Shown one piece after another: positions 49,722-58,572 of a DNA stretch of 64,000 nucleotides. The DNA is from Myxococcales bacterium. Lineage in GTDB: Bacteria; Myxococcota_A; Polyangia; Polyangiales; Polyangiaceae. The notes beneath the pieces are model-generated. The model had not been told where the DNA came from. It saw nothing but the letters and a program-made list of their open reading frames with translations, and searched no databases. How positions within the stretch are numbered: the stretch's first letter is position 1; every line of letters starts with the position of its first letter. Both the position numbers and the translations under genes were made by a program. Location of the stretch: NCBI GenBank assembly GCA_043747615.1, contig JAYTOU010000057.1, positions 92,041-156,040 of the forward strand, in the 5' to 3' direction.

Positions 49722-49737
49722 CGGCACATCGATTGCA
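49722..49737 (+). promoter_or_regulatory. Putative sigma-54 promoter of the small ORF at 49768
   Basis: CGGCACATCGATTGCA is near-consensus and lies 30 nt upstream of the ATG. Confidence 0.6.
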
Positions 49738-49767
49738 CTGCCATGCCGCGTGGAACGGAGTCATCCC

Positions 49768-49989
49768 ATGTCGCTCACGCCTTCGACTCTCCGACGAACG
49801 CTGGCCGTAGCCTCCTTCACCGCCTTCGGGTCCGTGCTCGCATTCTCCGCGGGTGCCAAGCTCGGCGCGAAGCTCGATCACGGCGTCCACAGCGTGCGGA
49901 TCGCGCGACTGCCATTGCCTTCCGTTGCCGCTCCGACGAACGCTTCCCCCGAAGTAGCCGTGCCGCCCACAGAAGTCGCCCGCAAGTAG
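49768..49989 (+). CDS. Small membrane/exported hypothetical protein
   Basis: 73 aa, RR followed by a hydrophobic segment, GGAG SD, upstream sigma-54-like promoter. Confidence 0.55.
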   Translation: MSLTPSTLRRTLAVASFTAFGSVLAFSAGAKLGAKLDHGVHSVRIARLPLPSVAAPTNASPEVAVPPTEVARK

Positions 49990-50019
49990 AGCAAGCCTGG
50001 GGTAGCATCGTCCCCTTTC

Positions 50020-50781
50020 ATGCTTGAAGTGCAGGGGATCACGAAGACGTACGCCTCTCACGATGGAAGGGCAGCCCTCAGGGCAACGACGCTCGCCTTT
50101 CCCTCCGGCTCGACGTCGGTTCTCATCGGGCCAAGCGGCTGCGGAAAATCAACGCTCCTGCGGATCATCTTGGGCCTCATCCTGCCAGACGAAGGCCGGG
50201 TCTTCTTCGACGGCCAAGCGCTCACGCGAGGGAACGTCGAGATGCTTCGGCGCCGCGCGGGGTACGTCCTTCAAGACGGTGGACTCTTTCCGCATCTGAC
50301 CGCGCGCAAAAACGTGTCGCTACTGGCGGATGTCCTCGGTCGCCCTGCGGATGCGAGTGCCGCGCGGATCGCAGAGCTTGCCGAGCTCGTGCGCCTCCCC
50401 GCGGCGATTCTCAGCTCCTTCCCGCACGATCTGTCGGGAGGCGAGCGGCAGCGCGTGAGCTTGATGCGCGCGCTCATGCTCGATCCTGAGTGGGTGCTCC
50501 TCGACGAGCCACTCGGCGCGCTCGATCCGATTACCCGCCGCGCGCTCCAATCCGAGCTGCGTGAGATCTTCGGCCGCCTGAAGAAAACGGTGGTTCTCGT
50601 GACTCACGACATAGGCGAAGCGGTCTACTTCGGCGACACCATCGTCCTCATGCGCGAAGGACACATCGTTCAGCGGGGAACGGCGCGCGAGCTACGGGAG
50701 AGTCCCGCCGAGCCTTTCGTCTCCGAGTTCATTCACGCGCAGCGCTCTCCTGTCGACGACCTTGCCGGGAGCACGCCGTGA
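50020..50781 (+). CDS. ABC ATPase of an osmoprotectant (QAT) importer
   Basis: GPSGCGKST, GYVLQDGGLFPH, LSGGERQR, LLDEPLGALDPITR, VTHD. Confidence 0.9.
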   Translation: MLEVQGITKTYASHDGRAALRATTLAFPSGSTSVLIGPSGCGKSTLLRIILGLILPDEGRVFFDGQALTRGNVEMLRRRAGYVLQDGGLFPHLTARKNVSLLADVLGRPADASAARIAELAELVRLPAAILSSFPHDLSGGERQRVSLMRALMLDPEWVLLDEPLGALDPITRRALQSELREIFGRLKKTVVLVTHDIGEAVYFGDTIVLMREGHIVQRGTARELRESPAEPFVSEFIHAQRSPVDDLAGSTP

Positions 50782-52316
50782 AGAGGCTGGGGGCCCTCGG
50801 CGTCCTTGTGCTTTCGATTTTTGCCGCCCGCTCATCCCGTGCGTACGAGGCCGAGCTACGCGTGGGCTCGAAGCGCTTCACCGAGTCGTACGTACTTGGT
50901 GAGATCGTTCGTGAGGTCGCGGCGCGCGGGGGCGAAGCGGTTGCCGTTCACAAGCAGGGGCTCGGAAACACGGGGATCGTCTTTGCCGCGCTCAAGAGCG
51001 GGAGCATCGACATCTACCCCGAGTACACGGGGACGATCGCCCGCGAGCTCCTCGAAAACAAGGCGGAGACCGATCTCGACGATCTCAACCGCGCGCTCGC
51101 GCCGATGGGGCTCGAGGCCGGAATTCCACTCGGCTTCAACGACACCTACGCGCTCGCCGTGCGCGAGGAAGATGCACGCACTCTCGCCCTGGTCAGCATG
51201 TCCGATCTCGCCATGCACCCCCAGCTGCGTTTCGGGCTGTCCCAGGAGTTCATCGAGCGGAGCGACGGCTGGCCTGCGGTCCAATCTGCCTACCACCTTC
51301 CGGTGGCCCGCCCGCGAGGGCTCGATCACGGACTCGCCTTCGAGGCCATCGCCAGCGACCAGATCGACGTGACGGACATTTATTCGACGGACGCGAAGGT
51401 CGAAAAGTACCGGCTGACTATCCTCACCGACGACCGCCGCGTTTTCCCACGCTACGAGGCGGTGCTCCTCTACCGCCGCGATCTCCCGACACGCTTGCCA
51501 CGAACCTGGGAGAAAATAGCGCTTCTGCGCGGCCGCATCTCCGGCGCCGACATGACGAAGATGAATGCGGACGCCGAGCTCCGCGCCGAGTCGTTTCGTG
51601 ACATCGCTACGCGCTACGTCGCGCATCAGCCCGCGTACGCCGACGGCCAGCCGCTAGGCGCCAACATTTCCGAGCCCACGCCGTTCGTGCGGCGCCTCTT
51701 CGGTCCAGATTTTCTTCGCCTCACCGCCGAGCACGTCACGCTGGTGCTGCTGTCTCTCGCGCTCGGGGTGGTCGCCGGCGTACCGCTCGGAGTGTGGGCT
51801 GCCCACCGCCCGCGGGCAGCAAAGCTCATCCTGGGATCGGTCGGAGTGATTCAAACCATTCCGTCGCTAGCGCTGCTCGCTTTCTTGATTCCCGTGTTTC
51901 GGCGGATTGGCTTCGTGCCCGCCCTGGCGGCGCTCTTCTTGTACTCACTCCTGCCGATCGTCCGGAACACGTACACTGGCCTCACCGACATCGCGCCGTC
52001 TCTTCGGGAGTCGGCGATCGCTCTTGGTTTGCCGCGTCTTGGGCGCCTCCGGCTCATCGAGCTCCCCCTCGCGTCACGCTCGATCCTGGCGGGGATCAAG
52101 ACCTCCGCGGTGATCAGCGTGGGCACCGCGACCATCGCCGCGTTCATCGGCGCGGGCGGGTACGGAGAGCGCATCGCCTCGGGTCTCGCGCTCAACGATC
52201 ACCAGATGCTCCTCGCCGGGGCAGCGCCTGCGGCGGCGCTGGCTCTGGTAGCCGAAGCGGCGTTCGGCTGGCTGGAAAAACTCTTGATACCGCGCGGCTT
52301 GCGCCTGAGCCCGTAA
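50778..52316 (+). CDS. Fused substrate-binding protein + permease of a glycine betaine/choline-type ABC importer
   Basis: VGSKRFTE, IYPEYTGT, NDTYAL, YSTD, FPRYEA (binding domain), then QTIPSLALL, YSLLPIVRNT, ESAIALG, IGAGGYG (permease). Confidence 0.9.
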   Translation: MKRLGALGVLVLSIFAARSSRAYEAELRVGSKRFTESYVLGEIVREVAARGGEAVAVHKQGLGNTGIVFAALKSGSIDIYPEYTGTIARELLENKAETDLDDLNRALAPMGLEAGIPLGFNDTYALAVREEDARTLALVSMSDLAMHPQLRFGLSQEFIERSDGWPAVQSAYHLPVARPRGLDHGLAFEAIASDQIDVTDIYSTDAKVEKYRLTILTDDRRVFPRYEAVLLYRRDLPTRLPRTWEKIALLRGRISGADMTKMNADAELRAESFRDIATRYVAHQPAYADGQPLGANISEPTPFVRRLFGPDFLRLTAEHVTLVLLSLALGVVAGVPLGVWAAHRPRAAKLILGSVGVIQTIPSLALLAFLIPVFRRIGFVPALAALFLYSLLPIVRNTYTGLTDIAPSLRESAIALGLPRLGRLRLIELPLASRSILAGIKTSAVISVGTATIAAFIGAGGYGERIASGLALNDHQMLLAGAAPAAALALVAEAAFGWLEKLLIPRGLRLSP

Positions 52317-52376
52317 GGTTGGTTTTGTGATACGACGGAGCTCGACGGCACGTGCGTCGATCCTAAATGGCAAAGA

Positions 52377-54944
52377 ATGCCGATTGAGCCCACTCGCTCC
52401 GGACAAGCGCCCACCGTGCTCAGCCGCGCGAGCGTCTTGCTCGTGGACGACCGACCGGAAAACCTCCTCGCGCTCGAGGCAATCCTCGAGTCGCTAGGCG
52501 CCGACTTGGTCAAGGCGCATTCCGGCCCCGATGCTCTGAAGCACATCTTGGCCCGTGATTTTGCGGTGATTCTGCTCGACGTGCAGATGCCGGGGATGGA
52601 CGGCTTCGAGACAGCGAGGCTGATCAAGGCCCGCGAGCGGTCTCGGCACGTTCCGATCATTTTTCTGACGGCGATCAGCAAAGACGAGTTGTTCGTTTTC
52701 AAGGGCTACACCGTCGGCGCCGTCGACTACATGACGAAGCCCTTCGATCCAAGCGTGCTCCGCTCGAAGGTCCAGGTGTTCGTAGATATCTTCCGGAAGG
52801 CCGAACAGCTCAAGTTGCAGGAGCAGATGCTGCGCGACCGCGATGTGGCGGACGTGAAACGCCTGAGCGAGCAGCGGTACCGCGATCTTGCCGAGTCGAT
52901 GCCCCAGATCGTCTGGACGGCAGATGCCGCGGGTCGGCTCACGTATGGCAACCGCAGGTGGTTCGACTGCGCCGAGCTCTCCCCCACCGATCCGCTGGCG
53001 CTCCAATGGGACGCGCTGGTCGCGCCTGCAGATCGCTCGCGGCTGGCTACGGAGTGGGAGAAGGCGCACGCAGCGGGCAAGGGCTGGCAAGGGGAGCTTC
53101 GCCTCGGATCGCACGCGACCGAAACCTATCGTTGGCATCTCGTTCGTGCCGTTCCGGTGCGCAGTGATCCGCACGATGCCGCGTCCACGACGTGGATGGG
53201 TACGTCGACGGATATTCATGATCTCAAGCGCGCCGAGAACGCGCTTCGTTTCCTTGCGGACGCCAGCACCGCGCTCGGTTCGTCACTCGAGTGCGGCCGG
53301 ACGTTCGAGGTCGTGGCGCGTCTCGCTGTCCAGACGCGCGCCGACATCTGCGCGATCGACACGGTGGACGAGGCCGGAATTCTCCGCCGCACGACCGTCG
53401 CCAAGAAACCCTCTATCGCCCTCGACGCCGCCTTCGAGCTCGCCTTCGATCGGTCGCCGGACGCAAAGCATGGGCCGAACAAAGTGGTCCGCACCGGGGA
53501 GCCCGAGCTCATTGCCGAAGTGACGGATGCGTTCAGGGTAGCCATGGCCGGCGACGCCGAAACCCTCGCCCGCATGCGCGCCATTCCTTTCCTGTCTCTC
53601 GTCCGTGTCCCGCTCATCACCCGAGGGCGGACGTACGGCGCGATTTCCCTATTTTTTACGGAGTCCCGCGAGCGCTACACCCAAGACGACTTGGAGATGG
53701 TGCTGGATCTCGCGCGACGGATGGCCGCGGCGATCGACGCACACGAGCTCTACGCCGGAGCCGAGTCGGAGCGGGCAAAGCTCGAAGATGCGAACCGCGC
53801 GAAGGACGAATTTTTGGCTACGCTCTCTCACGAGCTACGGACCCCGCTCAACGCGATGCTCGGCTGGACCCAGCTCCTTCGCGGGGGTGATCTCGAGCCG
53901 GGTCAGTATGCGCGCGCACTCGAGACCATCGAACGAAATGCGAAGGCGCAAGCGCAGCTCATCGCCGACCTCCTCGACGTCTCCCGGATCGTGACGGGCA
54001 AGCTGCATCTCAATCTCGGCAAGGTGCGCCTGCAGCAGCTCGTTCAAGTCGCCGTCGACGGCGCGCGCCCGACCGCAAGCGTCAAGAAGATCAGCATCGA
54101 CATCAGCATGGACGCGCCCGTGCGCGACGTGCATGGCGACACCAACAGGCTCCTGCAGGTGGTCGGCAATTTGCTCTCGAACGCCGTAAAATTCACGCCG
54201 TCCGGAGGGTCCGTGCATATTGCACTCGAAGAGCACGAAGGCTCGGCGCGGGTTGTCGTCAGCGATACGGGTCAAGGGATCGACAAAGACTTTCTGCCTT
54301 ACGTCTTCGATCGTTTCCGTCAGGCCGACAGCACGAGCACGCGCACGCAGGGAGGCCTCGGTCTCGGCTTGGCCATCGTCAGCCACCTCGTCCTCGCTCA
54401 CGGCGGCAAAGTGAGCGTGACGAGCGAGGGCAAAGACCGCGGCGCCGCTTTCTTCGTGGACCTGCCGATTCCTGCCGACCCGCCGGACTCGCTCCGTCCG
54501 CCGCCCGCGCCACAAAGCGCGCCCTCGGTGAACACCCGCGAGCTCGACGGTCTTCACATTCTGTTGGTGGAGGACGAGCCGGACGGGCGGGGAATGGTGC
54601 GCGTCATTTTCGAGCGCGCGGGCGCCACGGTGCGGGCAGAATCCACCGTGAAGGACGCGTGCCTTGCCCTCGTCCAAGAGCGGCCCGACGTTGTCGTCTC
54701 CGACATCGGGCTCCCGGGCGAAAGCGGCTATGTGCTCGTCGGGAGACTGCGGGCGCTCGAGGCCGGGTCGAAGTCGCGCACGATCGCCGTGGCCCTCACC
54801 GCGTACGCCGCAGAACAAGATCGCGAGAAGGCGATCCGCGCAGGCTTCGACGCTCATGTGCCCAAGCCCGTCGACGCGATCGAGCTCATCGCGGTCGTGT
54901 CGCGGCTCGTAGGTGAACGCGCTTCCGAGGGGGAGGCGAGCTAG
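52377..54944 (+). CDS. Hybrid sensor histidine kinase (REC-PAS-GAF-HisKA-HATPase-REC)
   Basis: VDDRPEN..LDVQMP, PAS (MPQIVW), GAF, SHELRTPL, NAVKFT, GGLGLGL, C-terminal REC SDIGLP...KP. Confidence 0.95.
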   Translation: MPIEPTRSGQAPTVLSRASVLLVDDRPENLLALEAILESLGADLVKAHSGPDALKHILARDFAVILLDVQMPGMDGFETARLIKARERSRHVPIIFLTAISKDELFVFKGYTVGAVDYMTKPFDPSVLRSKVQVFVDIFRKAEQLKLQEQMLRDRDVADVKRLSEQRYRDLAESMPQIVWTADAAGRLTYGNRRWFDCAELSPTDPLALQWDALVAPADRSRLATEWEKAHAAGKGWQGELRLGSHATETYRWHLVRAVPVRSDPHDAASTTWMGTSTDIHDLKRAENALRFLADASTALGSSLECGRTFEVVARLAVQTRADICAIDTVDEAGILRRTTVAKKPSIALDAAFELAFDRSPDAKHGPNKVVRTGEPELIAEVTDAFRVAMAGDAETLARMRAIPFLSLVRVPLITRGRTYGAISLFFTESRERYTQDDLEMVLDLARRMAAAIDAHELYAGAESERAKLEDANRAKDEFLATLSHELRTPLNAMLGWTQLLRGGDLEPGQYARALETIERNAKAQAQLIADLLDVSRIVTGKLHLNLGKVRLQQLVQVAVDGARPTASVKKISIDISMDAPVRDVHGDTNRLLQVVGNLLSNAVKFTPSGGSVHIALEEHEGSARVVVSDTGQGIDKDFLPYVFDRFRQADSTSTRTQGGLGLGLAIVSHLVLAHGGKVSVTSEGKDRGAAFFVDLPIPADPPDSLRPPPAPQSAPSVNTRELDGLHILLVEDEPDGRGMVRVIFERAGATVRAESTVKDACLALVQERPDVVVSDIGLPGESGYVLVGRLRALEAGSKSRTIAVALTAYAAEQDREKAIRAGFDAHVPKPVDAIELIAVVSRLVGERASEGEAS

Positions 54945-56854
54945 ACGCGAGCGAGGGCTTCGAGAAATCCAGCGCCGTACTGCTCGACCCGCGCCGGTCC
55001 GAAGCCGTAGATCCCGAGGAGATCGGAGGAGGTGCGTGGCCGTCGAGTGACGAGCTCGACGAGCGTGCGATCGAACGCAACGACGTAAGGCGGCACGCCC
55101 CGCAAGCGCGCTACCTCGGCGCGGTGAGTCCTCAGGCGTTCGAACGCCGGACGGAGGGAGTCGTCGAGAGCGGCCGTGGCACTCCGGTCAGGACGAGTCG
55201 CGCGCGAAGACGAGCTGCGTGTCTTCTCGGCCGGCGGCAGGGAAAGGCGCATGGGCGCGAGGCCCTTCATCACGTCCCAACCGGGCTTGGTCACGAACGG
55301 CACCGGATGCTCCGTCGGCGTCAGATCGATCCAACCTGCCGCGAGAAGCGCCCGAAGGAGCGCGAGGATCCACTCCGGCGAGCGGTCCGAGAGCAGGCCG
55401 AAGGTCGTCAAACGGGTGAAGCCGAATTTGCGCGTCTTCTCCGAATCGACGCCGCGGAGCATGTCGGCGATCGCTCCCAAGCCCGCTCGTTTCTGAGCGC
55501 GCGCCACTCCGGACAGCGCTTTTTGCACGACAAGGAGAGCGGCGGCGAGCTCGCCTTCGTCGGCCTGGTCATCACGCTCGTCGAGCGATGCGCAGATGTC
55601 GCAGTGTCCGCAGCCGCCGAGGAGCTCTTGCTCGTCACCGAAGTAGCGAAGGACGAAGTCGTGTCGGCAGGTGCGCGCGTCGAGATAGGTGAGGAGCTCG
55701 CGAAAAAGGCTCCATGCGCGGGCGGCTTGCTCCACCGGCGCGGGGACACCGTCGGAGCTCATCTCCGTCATTCGCCTGCGGAGCGCTATGTCCGAGCCCG
55801 AGCACATGAGGAGCCCGTGGGCTTCGGCACCGTCCCGCCCGGCGCGGCCGACCTCCTGGTAATAGGCTTCGATTGAGGACGGCGGCTGCACGTGCACGAC
55901 CGCGCGAATGTCGGAGCGATCGATGCCCATCCCGAACGCGTTGGTCGCCACCACGATGTCGAGCTTGCGTGATGAGAAATGCTTGAGTGTTTGGCTGCGG
56001 TCTTCCGAGGGAAGTCCTGCGTGGTAGGCGGCCACCTTCCAATGCCGCTCGCGCAGAAACGTAGCCCATTGCTCCGTCGCCTTGCGCGTGGCCGCATAGA
56101 CGATCGCACCTCCGCGTGGACTTCGCGGATCGCCGAGGGCTTCTTTTAGCTTCTCCGCAAGCGCCACCCGGGCCGCCTTCGGACCCTCGACACTGAGAGC
56201 CGCGAGGTGCAAGTTTGGGCGCGCGAATCCGCGGAGCACTTCGTGGCATGAGCCTTCGATCCCGAGCTGCTCACGGATCTCTTTTCGCACGAGCGGAGTC
56301 GCCGTCGCCGTGCACGCCAAGATTCGCGGCGGACGGAGGCGCTTGAGGAGCGTGCCAATCCGCAGGTAATCGGGCCGAAAATCGTGACCCCAATGCGCAA
56401 TGCAGTGCGCCTCGTCTATGGCCACGAGCGAGATGTCGCATTTGCCGAGGAGAGAAAGGAACGACTCCGACGCGAGCCGCTCCGGTGCCGCGTAGACGAT
56501 CTTGTACGCGCCGCGAACCATGTTCGCCTCCCGCTGACGGCGTACCTCGGGATCGAGGGTTGCCGCGAGAAACGTGGCCTCGATCCCGCGTGCGGCGAGG
56601 GCCCGTACCTGATCCTCCATGAGCGCGACGAGCGGTGACAGGACTAGCGTGATGCCCGGAAGAACGGTGGCGGGCAGCTGGTAGGTGAGCGATTTTCCAC
56701 CGCCGGTGGGGGCGACGACGAGCACTCTTCCCGGGGGGGTGAGGAGCGCCTCGACGGCCTCGCGCTGCCACGCGTGAAAAGCTGGAAGTTGAAAACGGTT
56801 TAGGAGGACGTCGTCGATGGACGGGGCGGAGGACTGCTCGAGGGACATAGACAT
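54941..56854 (-). CDS. recQ: RecQ-family ATP-dependent DNA helicase (with RQC and HRDC domains)
   Basis: PTGGGKSL.YQLP, DEAHC..WGHDFRP, TATA, AFGMGID, YYQEVGRAGRDG, Zn motif CRH..CGHCDIC, HRDC PPYVV. Confidence 0.93.
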   Translation of the reverse strand: MSMSLEQSSAPSIDDVLLNRFQLPAFHAWQREAVEALLTPPGRVLVVAPTGGGKSLTYQLPATVLPGITLVLSPLVALMEDQVRALAARGIEATFLAATLDPEVRRQREANMVRGAYKIVYAAPERLASESFLSLLGKCDISLVAIDEAHCIAHWGHDFRPDYLRIGTLLKRLRPPRILACTATATPLVRKEIREQLGIEGSCHEVLRGFARPNLHLAALSVEGPKAARVALAEKLKEALGDPRSPRGGAIVYAATRKATEQWATFLRERHWKVAAYHAGLPSEDRSQTLKHFSSRKLDIVVATNAFGMGIDRSDIRAVVHVQPPSSIEAYYQEVGRAGRDGAEAHGLLMCSGSDIALRRRMTEMSSDGVPAPVEQAARAWSLFRELLTYLDARTCRHDFVLRYFGDEQELLGGCGHCDICASLDERDDQADEGELAAALLVVQKALSGVARAQKRAGLGAIADMLRGVDSEKTRKFGFTRLTTFGLLSDRSPEWILALLRALLAAGWIDLTPTEHPVPFVTKPGWDVMKGLAPMRLSLPPAEKTRSSSSRATRPDRSATAALDDSLRPAFERLRTHRAEVARLRGVPPYVVAFDRTLVELVTRRPRTSSDLLGIYGFGPARVEQYGAGFLEALARV

Positions 56855-56932
56855 CTTCGTTCTCTCACATCGGCCCCGCGCGCGCTCGGGTTGCCTAGCC
56901 GAACTTCGAAAGACCGTGCGGCGTGCCCCACA

Positions 56933-57661
56933 TCATGAACCGGACTCCTCGACAAAGATGAGCTTCGTCGCCCCGGCGACGCCGACAGGGAGAATCAGGA
57001 GCCCGACGAAGGGAACGAGTGCAACGAGCGCGATCATCGCGCCGAAGCCGAACGCGGCGGCGAAGTTTCGTTTGAGCCATGTGAAGCGAGCCTGCACGTC
57101 GGCTCCGCGCAGACTGAACGGATAATCGATGAGATCCCACGTGGCGAGCAGGGCGGAAACGCAGAACTTGCAGGGCATGGTGACCACCGCCACTGGCGGA
57201 AAAACGAGCTCGATCGCCGTGAGGAGAATCATGATCGGTACGCCGATCGCCAGGGTGGTGAGCGTCACCCGGAGCGAGCGACCGAGGGACTCCGTGAAGC
57301 TCGGGTCTGGCCTGGTGCGTCCACCGAGGGTCTGTTCTTGCGCGCGCACGATGCGATCGAGCGCCGGCCCCGAGATCAGCTGCGCGAGCGCAATCCCAGC
57401 GAAGATCGCGACGAGCACGGCGAGGACGTAGAAAAAAATCCGGGTAGCGAAAAGTCCTGCTTCACCGAGGTCGCCGCTCGGTTCGCCAAACATCGCGGAG
57501 GCCGCAGCGCCGGCGCCCCACACCCCGAGGACCATGAGCCCGCCGATGAGGAGCATCGCCACTGCCGCTGGAATGGCCGCGAACACCCAGATCCTGGGGG
57601 TGGTGAGGATGAAATGAAATCCTGAGAAAAAAGCGCGCACTCCGCGCAGGAGCTGTCTCAC
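56933..57661 (-). CDS. EI24/CysZ-like membrane protein
   Basis: Several TM segments, DLIDYP, FGFG, VPFVGLLILPVGVAGAT. Confidence 0.8.
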   Translation of the reverse strand: MRQLLRGVRAFFSGFHFILTTPRIWVFAAIPAAVAMLLIGGLMVLGVWGAGAAASAMFGEPSGDLGEAGLFATRIFFYVLAVLVAIFAGIALAQLISGPALDRIVRAQEQTLGGRTRPDPSFTESLGRSLRVTLTTLAIGVPIMILLTAIELVFPPVAVVTMPCKFCVSALLATWDLIDYPFSLRGADVQARFTWLKRNFAAAFGFGAMIALVALVPFVGLLILPVGVAGATKLIFVEESGS

Positions 57662-57688
57662 CTCGTCACGCTGTAAGCTTGCGGCCGA

Positions 57689-58522
57689 TCAGAAACGACC
57701 GCCCACGCCTCCGAGGCCAACCTGAACGTGAGCCGGCTTCGCGCTGTAGTGGGTGATCAAGAGGTAGGTCGCCACGCCAAGGGCGACGATCCCGACGCCG
57801 AGCGAGACGTCTGCGATGATCAGCTTGCCGCTCACGGAGTCGACGTCGGACTGGGCGCATCGAGGCGCGCACGTGCCCCGCAGGGTGTCGGCGCTTCCCT
57901 TTGCCGAGAGATCAAACAGTACGAAGTTTTCCACGGCGAGCGCGCCGATCCCCGCGAAGACCAACCCGGCGATCGGCGCTCCGGCGACTTCGGTGGGGTT
58001 CTCTCTTTCCTTCTCGGCAACGGGCTCTTTTTTCGGCGCTTCGGACTCGAACACCACGTCGAGGACGCGGTTCTTCTCACCCTCGCGAAAGACGACACTC
58101 TTCTCGATGGCGGGGCTCCCGTCGCGCTCGTACTTGAAGGCGTGCGGGCCGGGGTCGACCGGAATGGGTCTACTGTCGAGCTTGCTCGTGACGAGCGCAC
58201 CGTCGATGCTCACGCGCACGTCGAGCAGCTCCTTTCCCGCTCCGTCCTTTGCCGAGACGACGACCGTGGGCAAGCGTGCATCGAGCTCACTCAACCAGGG
58301 CTCACAGTCCTTCCGGATGACACCGGGGCAAACGCTGCGCGCGCAAACGACGAGCTGCTCGCGCGCATCCTTGAGCTTCCCTTCGTTGCGCGACCGCTGG
58401 GCTTTTTCGGCCGCATCTGCGCACGTCTTCATGTCGTCGTTGCCAGCGCGCGCCGGAGCGCTCCAGGCGAGGGACGCGGCGGCGAGGATGCCGACGAGTG
58501 CGGAGAACAGAACGCGCGGCAT
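57689..58522 (-). CDS. Exported Cys-rich helical + PEGA-like protein with a C-terminal hydrophobic hairpin
   Basis: AAGGAG SD, signal peptide, CADAAEKAQ...CARSVCP...KDCEPW, IDG..PIPVDPGPH, two hydrophobic segments around CAPRC; ends GGRF. Confidence 0.75.
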   Translation of the reverse strand: MPRVLFSALVGILAAASLAWSAPARAGNDDMKTCADAAEKAQRSRNEGKLKDAREQLVVCARSVCPGVIRKDCEPWLSELDARLPTVVVSAKDGAGKELLDVRVSIDGALVTSKLDSRPIPVDPGPHAFKYERDGSPAIEKSVVFREGEKNRVLDVVFESEAPKKEPVAEKERENPTEVAGAPIAGLVFAGIGALAVENFVLFDLSAKGSADTLRGTCAPRCAQSDVDSVSGKLIIADVSLGVGIVALGVATYLLITHYSAKPAHVQVGLGGVGGRF

Positions 58523-58572
58523 GTGGACTCCTTGTGGAGAGTGATCGCCCTGAATCACAGGGCAGGCTCGGG

